IMG/VR virus record: IMGVR_UViG_3300029288_007089
Span: 8,654-72,653 of that record
Source of the DNA: a virus
Lineage: Duplodnaviria; Caudoviricetes
Direction: 5' to 3' (one strand)
DNA length: 64,000 bases
The notes beneath the pieces were generated by a model. It did not search any database. It saw only the letters and a list, made by a program, of their open reading frames with translations, and was not told the DNA's origin. The translations under genes and the position numbers were made by a program. This document shows positions 56,632 to 64,000 of this stretch, piece after piece (positions within the stretch are counted from its first letter, which is position 1; every line of letters begins with the position of its first letter).

Positions 56632-56949
56632 CTAACTCCGCGCCGCGAAGTACTTACGCACCGTATGCGCCGCCTGCGTGGTGAGGTACACCATCAGCCC
56701 GGCGACGATGGCCTGCCACCACGGGTTCAGCGCCTCGATGGTCTCCGGCGGCACGCTGTCCTGCAACAGCTTCGACAGCAGCGGCAGGCCGATGCTCGCC
56801 ACGATGACGAGCGCGTGCTTCACGCCGCCGGGGAACTCCGCCGGCAATAGCGGCCACACGCGCTCCGCAATGAGCGACAGCACCGCACCGACCACGAGCG
56901 GCGAGCCGATCCAGATAAAGAAGTCGTTGAGGTTGGTTGGAATATCCAT
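56632..56949 (-). CDS. Holin-like membrane protein
   Basis: 105 aa with three hydrophobic segments, near the endolysin. Confidence 0.55.
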   Translation of the reverse strand: MDIPTNLNDFFIWIGSPLVVGAVLSLIAERVWPLLPAEFPGGVKHALVIVASIGLPLLSKLLQDSVPPETIEALNPWWQAIVAGLMVYLTTQAAHTVRKYFAARS

Positions 56950-57047
56950 TGTCCCCTATCCTTTCACCCTTTCGGGTCTCTGCTTTCGCGTCTTTTTCGT
57001 TCGCCGTTTAGGTGGCGGCGCACCGTTGCGTTGTTTGTCGCGTGCGT

Positions 57048-57266
57048 TCATTTCGCCTCGCCGAGCGGCTTGAGCCGGTTCTCGACGAAACGAACGTCGG
57101 GTGGATCATCGAAGCTCCGCTCGTGGAAGCAAGTCCTGCAATACGTAGTAAATGGCACGCCGTGAATGCAGCGTCCCTCCACATCCATTGTGTTCGTGGT
57201 TTCTCCATCGTATTGGAGAAACCGCAGCAACCGCTCCGCCATGTTACGTTTGATTTGTCTAAGCAC
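57048..57266 (-). CDS. Hypothetical protein
   Basis: 72 aa, GGAGG RBS, CIH...YCRTC. Confidence 0.45.
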   Translation of the reverse strand: MLRQIKRNMAERLLRFLQYDGETTNTMDVEGRCIHGVPFTTYCRTCFHERSFDDPPDVRFVENRLKPLGEAK

Positions 57267-57275
57267 ATTGGCCTC

Positions 57276-58685
57276 CTAAGAGATTAAATCCGCCAGCACA
57301 TCTTGATAATTGCTGTTCGTCTGCATCCACTCCCCCAGCGTGAACAGCGCCCCGCCGAGCACGTAACTGTCGCGCTGCATCTCGTCCCGGAACCAGCGCG
57401 CGTCATTCACGAACGCCGCCGCCCCCTCCCGCGACCAGTCATATCCGCCGAACGGCGCGCACTCCGAGATGACGAACGGCAGCATGAACCCGCGCTCCAG
57501 GAACCGTGCCGCGTAGTCGCGGTAGCGCAGCACAATCGCCGGGTTCTCGCGCATGAGGCCCGGCAGGTCCGGCGCGGCCCCGCCGTAGCTGTGGTAGCCC
57601 AGCGCGTGCTTGCCCGCCGCCATGCGCGCGAAGGACGGCATGAGCCAATCCACCTCTTCGTACCCCGGCGTGCCCGGCGAGAAATTGTAGACGCACAGCC
57701 GCCGGCCCTCGACCTCCGCCAGCGCGCACGCGCGCGTCACGAAGGCGTTGCACCACGCGCACTCCGCTTCGCCCTTGGGGTGCGGCTCGTTCAGGAAGCC
57801 GTAGTAATGCGCGTTCACCCCTTGCCAGCGCGCGGCGTTCTGCGCATACCACGTTTCCGCCAGCGCGCGCGCGTCGTCAGCGTCACCGGCGTACATGCCC
57901 TCCGGCGTCCCGCCGGGGTATTCGGTGCGGTACACCGTCACCGTGTCCGGGCTGACGCTGCGCACCTCCTCGACCACGCCGGCCACGTCCACCGACACGA
58001 CCAGCCCCACCGGGCGGTGACGCGCCACGCCCGCGCGCAGCGCGTCGCCGAAGCCGGTGCGCGGCCCCGAAATGACGTGAAAGCCGAGCGGGGAGACGCC
58101 GGGCGCGCGGAAGATCATGTCGGGATAGGGCATTTCGTAGGCTTTCCAGTGATGCAACGAAATGCCGCGCATTGCGCCGACTAGCGCGTCGGCGTCAATG
58201 GGGATGTACGCCCCGCCCTGCCCGTCGCGCTGTTCGGGCCGCCACAGAGGATCGTGGAGCAGGAAGCCGTCGCCGTCAACGCCCGTGACCAGGAGCCAAT
58301 GAAGCCCTTGCCGGTTCCCATTCGCAAGGTCCGGGCGCGGGATGCCCAGGCTTTCGTAATTCACGAGCAGGATGGGGCTGTGACCCTGCTCGATGTAGCC
58401 GCGCAAAATGGCCGGCGTCGGGTTCGGGCCGGCGCTGAGCACGAAGGGCCTTCCCTCCGGGCCGTAGCGGATGCCCTCAGCAAGCCGTTGCAGGTCGCCG
58501 GCTATGGTGCCGTTCGGCGCGGGCGCGCGGCGGTACAGGTCGTCTACCGTGATGTCCGGGCCGGCATAGCGGTAGTAGCGCGCCAGCATCAAGACCGCCG
58601 CCTGTCCACAGTCCATCGGGCTTATGGAGGTGGCGTCCATCTGCGAGACGAACGGAACCCGGAGTTTCTTCTGTTTCGTGCTCAT
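57276..58685 (-). CDS. Endolysin-like protein: C39-like peptidase plus glycoside-hydrolase-like domain
   Basis: VPFVSQ...DCGQAAVLML (Cys), HWLLVTG (His), LHDP; C-terminal LNEP, HSYG, VISE TIM-barrel pattern. Confidence 0.75.
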   Translation of the reverse strand: MSTKQKKLRVPFVSQMDATSISPMDCGQAAVLMLARYYRYAGPDITVDDLYRRAPAPNGTIAGDLQRLAEGIRYGPEGRPFVLSAGPNPTPAILRGYIEQGHSPILLVNYESLGIPRPDLANGNRQGLHWLLVTGVDGDGFLLHDPLWRPEQRDGQGGAYIPIDADALVGAMRGISLHHWKAYEMPYPDMIFRAPGVSPLGFHVISGPRTGFGDALRAGVARHRPVGLVVSVDVAGVVEEVRSVSPDTVTVYRTEYPGGTPEGMYAGDADDARALAETWYAQNAARWQGVNAHYYGFLNEPHPKGEAECAWCNAFVTRACALAEVEGRRLCVYNFSPGTPGYEEVDWLMPSFARMAAGKHALGYHSYGGAAPDLPGLMRENPAIVLRYRDYAARFLERGFMLPFVISECAPFGGYDWSREGAAAFVNDARWFRDEMQRDSYVLGGALFTLGEWMQTNSNYQDVLADLIS

Positions 58686-59224
58686 GGCCCAAAGTCAATA
58701 AACGGGCAACCTGTCGTGTCAACCGCTGCCATGACCCAGCCGGCTATGTAGCCCACCGCAAAGCCCCGGTCGTCGAGCGCGCGCAGCCACATGCTACCCG
58801 TCGCGTCACGGTGCCCCTCGCTGACGGCAACCACCTGCCCGATTTGCACCTGTTGTCCCGTGAGCGCGCCGCCGATGTCCGGCAAGCTGCGAACGTTGAC
58901 GCGATACGCACCGCCGGGCCGCACCGTGCAGGGCTGCGAGAAGAACAGCACGTCGCTTTCCGGCGTGGGCGTCGGAGTTAATGTCGGCGTCGGGAACGGC
59001 GTCCACGTCGCGGTGGGCATCGGCGTCACACTTGGCGTTGCGGTTGCGGTGCTCGTGGCCGTCGGCGTCGGCGTTACTGTCGCGCCGGGGCACGGGATGG
59101 GCACAAGCTCCAACACGCCGGCGCGGTAATACACCGCCACGCACAGCAGCGGCGGCGCTTCCTGCGCAACCGCCAGCGCCGGCAGGAGCAGGAGCAGTGC
59201 AAGTAACAGCAATAACCGCTTCAT
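58682..59224 (-). CDS. Exported protein with Pro/Thr repeats and SH3b-like domain
   Basis: Signal peptide MKRLLLLL, TPTPTAT repeats, VNVRSLP...GYIAGW. Confidence 0.65.
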   Translation of the reverse strand: MKRLLLLLALLLLLPALAVAQEAPPLLCVAVYYRAGVLELVPIPCPGATVTPTPTATSTATATPSVTPMPTATWTPFPTPTLTPTPTPESDVLFFSQPCTVRPGGAYRVNVRSLPDIGGALTGQQVQIGQVVAVSEGHRDATGSMWLRALDDRGFAVGYIAGWVMAAVDTTGCPFIDFGP

Positions 59225-59598
59225 GCCTCACCTCGTTTATAAAACAGCGCCGCCAGGACCAGCTGCACGAACGGCGACACCGCGCCCGCACCCAGCGCGC
59301 CGGCCAGCGCGATGGTGATCTCTACCTGGTGGTAGAGTAAGAACACCAGCACCGACAGGCCCACCGCGAACGCCACGCCCGCGCGCAGCGCGTCCACGTC
59401 GGCGCGCAGCTTTTTGATGCTATGCCGCGTCTCCCGCGCTTCTTTCAGGCCGTAAATCTGCGCCGCGAACCGCAACTGCGCCTGCACGTCCGGCGACAGG
59501 CGGTTGTGCAGTTCCACGAACTGGCGCACGTCGATGCCATTGCTGATGCCGGCTTCGAATTCGGCCATTGCCTCAAAGAGCGTCACGTCGTCTGCCAT
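59221..59598 (-). CDS. Membrane protein (lysis module, putative)
   Basis: Coiled-coil N-terminus and two C-terminal TM segments. Confidence 0.55.
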   Translation of the reverse strand: MADDVTLFEAMAEFEAGISNGIDVRQFVELHNRLSPDVQAQLRFAAQIYGLKEARETRHSIKKLRADVDALRAGVAFAVGLSVLVFLLYHQVEITIALAGALGAGAVSPFVQLVLAALFYKRGEA

Positions 59599-59763
59599 GT
59601 TGCCTATCTCCCGCCTTTAGTCCGAGTTTCTAACCTTCTCGCCTTCACGTTCTTCACAATTCGTGCTACGCTATCTCTGGCGCGGGTGTGGGCTGCTCCC
59701 GCCGCCCGCGCCTGTGCCCGGCCCCGGCTGTTCACGCAGTCGGGGCTTGCTTGTGCTGAATTC

Positions 59764-59792
59764 TTGTCGCCTGCATTTACATTCGCTATACT
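59764..59792 (+). promoter_or_regulatory. Promoter for the stand-alone scaffold RNA
   Basis: TTGTCG(59764-69)-17-TATACT(59787-92), about 12 nt before the first scaffold hairpin. Confidence 0.6.
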
Positions 59793-59804
59793 CTCACTGT
59801 CTAT

Positions 59805-59946
59805 GGGATGCAGTCACACATCCCTGGCCTGCGATCGCCCGCGTCCGTGGCGACGGTTGCGGACCGAACTCCGCGCTTTGCGCGGCTTCCCCAAAAGGGG
59901 AGACAATGTGATGTGCCCTGGCCCCCGTCGTTCACGCGGCGGGGGC
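59805..59946 (+). ncRNA. Third, minimized copy of the guide scaffold
   Basis: GGGATG-CAGTCACA-CATCCC, GGACCGAACTCCGCGC-TTT-GCGCGG, TGTGAT at 59907-59912, then a short tail and a GC hairpin. Confidence 0.75.
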
Positions 59947-59950
59947 TTGC

Positions 59951-61195
59951 TTACAACGTCTCCAGTATCCACGCGCCGAAGCGCGCGGAGAATACCTGCC
60001 CGACGAACGGCGTCTCGAAGCCGATAGGTGCAGGCGTCGTCCAGTCTGTCATCGGCACCGTCAGCATCCCGTCCACAACTGCGATGTCCTGGTATTCGTC
60101 ATCCCACAGCATCGGGTTGCGCACGCGCACCGTACCGCTCTCCGCCAGCGCCGACACGTCCACCGCCACCGCGCCGGTCTCGTCGAAGTCGAAAACCGTG
60201 AGCGAGGCAAACCCCGGCGCGTACTCGTTCGGCACGAAATTGGTAAACTGCCCGGTGGTTGTGGCGACGACCTCCTGAATGTCGTAGACGCCGCCGGGCA
60301 GCTCGATATTGGTCCAGTCGTCCACCGTGAACACGTTGCCCGTCACCGTCGCCTGCTCCCAACGCTTCAGGTAGAACGCCTCCGCGCCGTAGGGATCGTG
60401 CAGATACGGGTCGATCACGCAGTCCTTTATCAGCGCGACGCCGTTGATCGCCACCTCATCCTCCTGGATATACAGACCCAGGCATGGATGGCCGTTGTGG
60501 ATGAACAGGCGTTCCACGCTCAAGTTTTTATTGAATCGATTGCCAGAGGTGAACGCGCGGTTGGCGACCGTAATGTCCTCGAAGACGAACGTGCCATAGC
60601 ACCAGTCGCCCGCGCCAACCTGTACATGCCGAAACGAGTTAAGAAACAGGCAGTTGCGGAACGTCTTCGTGTCCGCCGCGTCGGTGCAGGATGTGTAGAC
60701 ACTTGGTCCGTGCGGGCGGTCGCTGCCCACCCAGCCGTTGTCCGTGATGACGACGCCGTAGGCCTGCCCGCCGCCGTTGAGGAACCACGAGATGCCCGTG
60801 CCCGGCACGTTGTGGATGCGCACGTTGATGAACTCCATACCGGGGATGTTGTTGGCGTAGAGGCCGGAGTGCTGCCCCGGCACGGTCGGCGTCTCCGTGC
60901 TCGTGCGCTCCGTGAGCGTGTCGTCGATGATGAGGCCGTAATCCTCAGACAGCCAGCGCACGTAACCGCCAGACGGTTGTTGCACCACGTCGCCGCGCAG
61001 CACCGCTATCTCGCCGGGGTAGTTGCGTATGGTGATCGGCTCATCCGGCGTGCCTTGCAGCGTGCAGGATAGCGCCGTCTCCAGGTCGTACACCCCGCCG
61101 CGCAGGTAGACCGTGTGCCCCGACTGGATGTCCGGCCAGGACATGCCGGTGCGGATGTCGAAGGGAAACTCCTTGCTGCCGTTGCCGAGGATCAT
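59951..61195 (-). CDS. Right-handed beta-helix (pectin-lyase-like) tail/depolymerase protein
   Basis: G.TVYLRGGVY, GTPDEPITIRNYPGE, INVRIHN, HGPSVY repeats. Confidence 0.75.
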   Translation of the reverse strand: MILGNGSKEFPFDIRTGMSWPDIQSGHTVYLRGGVYDLETALSCTLQGTPDEPITIRNYPGEIAVLRGDVVQQPSGGYVRWLSEDYGLIIDDTLTERTSTETPTVPGQHSGLYANNIPGMEFINVRIHNVPGTGISWFLNGGGQAYGVVITDNGWVGSDRPHGPSVYTSCTDAADTKTFRNCLFLNSFRHVQVGAGDWCYGTFVFEDITVANRAFTSGNRFNKNLSVERLFIHNGHPCLGLYIQEDEVAINGVALIKDCVIDPYLHDPYGAEAFYLKRWEQATVTGNVFTVDDWTNIELPGGVYDIQEVVATTTGQFTNFVPNEYAPGFASLTVFDFDETGAVAVDVSALAESGTVRVRNPMLWDDEYQDIAVVDGMLTVPMTDWTTPAPIGFETPFVGQVFSARFGAWILETL

Positions 61196-61238
61196 GGTTC
61201 AATGTACCAGTCTGGCCCCGTCCAGGGCACGGGGCTGC

Positions 61239-62450
61239 CTAAAAATCCCGCGTGTAAGTAAACGAGTTGGCCCACGTATCCACGTCATACGTGGCGAATA
61301 CACCGTGTACCTTGCCGGTCAGCCCCGACGCCGGCGCGCCAAGCACGAGGTTCGCGCCGTCGTAGGCAATGTCGATGGTGCCGTCCTCATGGCGGTTGAC
61401 GACCAGGTTGCGGTCGTCGGCGTAGGTAATTGACGGGCTTTCTATCAATGTCTGCACACCGGCGACGTATGTGGAGTAATGGATGCGGTTGCCCGCGCCG
61501 GAGGCGCGCGTGTAGAACACCGCGAAATTGTTTGCATCCTCCCAGTTCAGAATCAGGCCGATGTTGACGCCGCGCGCCGCGCCGCCCGCGCGCCGGAAGT
61601 TCAACGTGAATTGACCATACGCGAAGTCAAACTCCCTGAGCGCCACCGAGCCGGGGATGTCTACCGGGTAGCAATACCAGTTGTCAATAGAGCAGGTAAG
61701 TCCCGTGGCGTTGATTGTACCAATATTCGCGCCATCCGCCGGCAACGAGACGATATAACTGCCATTTGCGCTGATCGTTTGCGCATACAGGGAACCAATC
61801 ACGGGGCGGAAGCTCCCGGCGGCGTAGTTCTTTACCTCCAACTCGGTGCGATACCACGTATGCTGCGTCAGTGCGCCGACCTGCGATAGGCTATTGTTCG
61901 TTGCCGTCGCATCGGCCTCATCGTTCACCGCGTCGTAGGCCCAGCCCGCGTTGAACGTCCACGGCGCGCCGGTGTCAAACGTCGGGTCGGCAACGACGTT
62001 CGCGCCCAGCGTCGGCGTGATGACGAGGTGCCCCGCGACGTTGGCGATGACGCCCGCGCCGGGCGAGTACCACCCGTTCGTCGCGGGGCCGGCGGCGGTG
62101 AAGTCGTCGGAGAAGGCGACTTCGCCTATCTCCAGCGCCAGCGTGTTGCTCGCCAGGTTCGCCGGCGCTGTCACGCCCGCCGGCACGCTCACCGTAACCG
62201 CGCCGGCCCAGTCCGGCGTTACCGTTACCGTGTACACCGCGCCGGAGCCGGCGAAGTCGCTCAGCGCCGCGTTGGTCACGTCGATGTCGTCTACCGTGAA
62301 GCCGGTGACCTCGCGGCTGAACGTGATCGTCACCGTGAACGCGGTCAGTACCGGCTCCGTGGCGTCGGTGGTGAGAAGGCAGGTGAGGCCGGCGGCCCGC
62401 GCCGCCGCGTTCTTGTACGGCACAAACAGCGTCTGCATGTGAATGCCCAT
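61239..62450 (-). CDS. Tail/receptor-binding protein with bacterial Ig-like domain
   Basis: FTVTITFSREVTGFTVDDIDVTNAALSDFAGSGAVYTVTVTP Ig-like repeat. Confidence 0.7.
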   Translation of the reverse strand: MGIHMQTLFVPYKNAAARAAGLTCLLTTDATEPVLTAFTVTITFSREVTGFTVDDIDVTNAALSDFAGSGAVYTVTVTPDWAGAVTVSVPAGVTAPANLASNTLALEIGEVAFSDDFTAAGPATNGWYSPGAGVIANVAGHLVITPTLGANVVADPTFDTGAPWTFNAGWAYDAVNDEADATATNNSLSQVGALTQHTWYRTELEVKNYAAGSFRPVIGSLYAQTISANGSYIVSLPADGANIGTINATGLTCSIDNWYCYPVDIPGSVALREFDFAYGQFTLNFRRAGGAARGVNIGLILNWEDANNFAVFYTRASGAGNRIHYSTYVAGVQTLIESPSITYADDRNLVVNRHEDGTIDIAYDGANLVLGAPASGLTGKVHGVFATYDVDTWANSFTYTRDF

Positions 62451-62460
62451 CGTCGCCCCC

Positions 62461-62781
62461 TTACGTCGCCTGTGTCAGCGCGGCGTACCACCAGCCCGCG
62501 CCGTCGCTCGCCACAAGGTATACATTTGCGCCGCCGCCCGCGTCGTCGAGAATGGCGACGAACCCCGCGCCCACGTCCGCCGGCTGCCCAAACGCGCTGT
62601 CAAGCTCCCCATCCGTTGGCGGGTTGCTCACGTTCGCCGTCGAGGTCGCAATGCCCAATCGCCGCACGTTGCCGGCGTCGTCTTTGTACTCCAGGCCCCG
62701 CGCCAGCGCGTACCACACCCAGTAGCCCGTCGCCGGCGTCGCCGGCGCGCTTGCGCCTTCCTGCGTCACCACAATGCCCAT
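62461..62781 (-). CDS. Tail-associated protein
   Basis: 106 aa in the tail operon. Confidence 0.5.
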   Translation of the reverse strand: MGIVVTQEGASAPATPATGYWVWYALARGLEYKDDAGNVRRLGIATSTANVSNPPTDGELDSAFGQPADVGAGFVAILDDAGGGANVYLVASDGAGWWYAALTQAT

Positions 62782-62785
62782 AGCC

Positions 62786-63679
62786 TCACCTCACTAAATA
62801 CACACTGCCGTTGACGTTGAGCGTTCCGCCGGCCAGTGTCAGGTCGCCGTGCCATACCGCCTGGTGCGTCCCGATAACCGTCTGCGACCACGTGATGCGC
62901 GACGGCTGCTGAATGACGCCCGTCGCCAGCGGCCCCGGCGTCACGGGAACGGTCGTGAAGCGCAGGTCAACGATGTCGTTGTCATAAAAGCGCGTCGCGT
63001 CGCCGCGCAACCGCACGCCGCCCAGCGGGTAGTAGCCATCGAATGCAATCGCCGCGAGCGCCGCAATGGTCAGGTTGCTCATGACGCTCGTGTCCGCTCC
63101 CGCCGTCGCCACGAGCGCATTGCTCGCCGGATCGACGCCCACCTTGACCCACGCCCAATTGAACGCGCTCGCCGGCTGGTACGCCGTCAGGTCTAGCGTC
63201 GCGCCGTCCTCCAGGACTTTGTGCGCACCCTGGTACACGTACCAGAAGTCGCCGTCCGTCGTCACCGAAAGCGCCGCGCCGTTGGGCGCGATGCGCCCGC
63301 CCTGCACGCGCTGCGGGTTGACTAAATCCCACAGGCCGTTGCCGTACTCGTTGTGCGTGTGCCAGGGCACGTAATCGACCTGGTTGGCCTCGATAAAATC
63401 CCGCGCGCGCGAGCGGTCAATGTCGATGATGCGCCACTCCCGGTCCGGCGTGCGGTCCACGAGCACCGGGAAATCCCAGATGAGCGGCGTCGGCCCGCGC
63501 AGCGCCTCTATCGGCGCAGCGGAGCGGTTGACGATGCGCGCGTACACGTAGGCGGGGCGGTCCGCAATCGTCACGTTGCCGTCCCAGTCGCCCAGGTCCG
63601 CCGGCACGCCGCCGCGCGCCTCGCGCTTGACGGAGCGGCGGTAGCGCCACCGGGACTGCTCGAAGTCGTGTCGCCGCAT
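62786..63679 (-). CDS. Minor tail protein (putative)
   Basis: 297 aa in the tail operon. Confidence 0.5.
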   Translation of the reverse strand: MRRHDFEQSRWRYRRSVKREARGGVPADLGDWDGNVTIADRPAYVYARIVNRSAAPIEALRGPTPLIWDFPVLVDRTPDREWRIIDIDRSRARDFIEANQVDYVPWHTHNEYGNGLWDLVNPQRVQGGRIAPNGAALSVTTDGDFWYVYQGAHKVLEDGATLDLTAYQPASAFNWAWVKVGVDPASNALVATAGADTSVMSNLTIAALAAIAFDGYYPLGGVRLRGDATRFYDNDIVDLRFTTVPVTPGPLATGVIQQPSRITWSQTVIGTHQAVWHGDLTLAGGTLNVNGSVYLVR

Positions 63680-63682
63680 CGC

Positions 63683-64000
63683 CTATGCCCCCGGCGCGAA
63701 CAGCCAGCCGGTGTCGGAGATGTCCGCCTGTACCGCGATGATGTTGGGGAACGACCCCGACCCCGTGCCCTGGCCGGTCACGGTGAAGAGGTTCGTCGCG
63801 CCCGCGCCCTGGATACTGCTGGCGGTCAGCCCCACGTCGTCGGTGACAAAGACATCGGGCGCGCCGAGCGTGCTCTGGTTGCGCCACCACACGAACCAGG
63901 AATTGTGGTAGCTGTAGCCGTTGATGCCTCCCCAGGCGTCCGAGAACCGGATACGGTCTGCGTTGATGCCGAGAGCCGGCGGGCGATACCACGACGCCCC
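63683..64000 (-). CDS. Tail protein, 5'-truncated by the window end
   Basis: Open frame entering from the window edge and ending at 63683. Confidence 0.45.
   Translation of the reverse strand, partial: GASWYRPPALGINADRIRFSDAWGGINGYSYHNSWFVWWRNQSTLGAPDVFVTDDVGLTASSIQGAGATNLFTVTGQGTGSGSFPNIIAVQADISDTGWLFAPGA

Noticed and set aside
1-64000. Numerous long antisense or overlapping ORFs rich in Arg/Ala/Pro in the ORF track
   Set aside because: Typical shadow ORFs of high-GC coding DNA, with no motifs or RBS support

Overview
The window is about 64 kb of a high-GC tailed (Caudoviricetes-type) phage or prophage. Pro/Thr-repeat exported proteins and the general gene content suggest a Chloroflexota-like host, which is an inference only. 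Layout: a leftward late block (1-24 kb) with terminase, portal, protease-scaffold-capsid, decoration and head-tail connector genes, interrupted by six glycosyltransferases, two methyltransferases and a compact type V CRISPR locus. A leftward replication and DNA-methylation block follows (26-36 kb), then a back-to-back promoter switch at about 36.0 kb, a rightward early/accessory block (36-55 kb), and a leftward lysis/tail block (55-64 kb). Main result: a 473-aa TnpB/Cas12f-like RuvC protein with intact catalytic motifs (9728-11149, minus) is followed by an RNA scaffold joined through a 4-nt loop to the first 37-nt repeat of a mini CRISPR array, which resembles a natural single-guide RNA. Two more copies of this scaffold lie elsewhere. 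The copy at 46.4-46.7 kb retains the gene 3' end and one repeat; the copy at 59.8-59.9 kb is minimized and has its own promoter. Compensatory base changes between the copies support the structure. The phage also carries a complete type IV-B Cas operon (csf1, cas11, csf2, csf3, cysH-like) with an inserted P-loop kinase, and a second, unrelated 4-repeat CRISPR array behind a truncated TnpB N-terminus and an unusual switch-like leader RNA. No cas1, cas2 or cas6 was recognised. All protein calls come from motif recognition by eye; no database searches were run.
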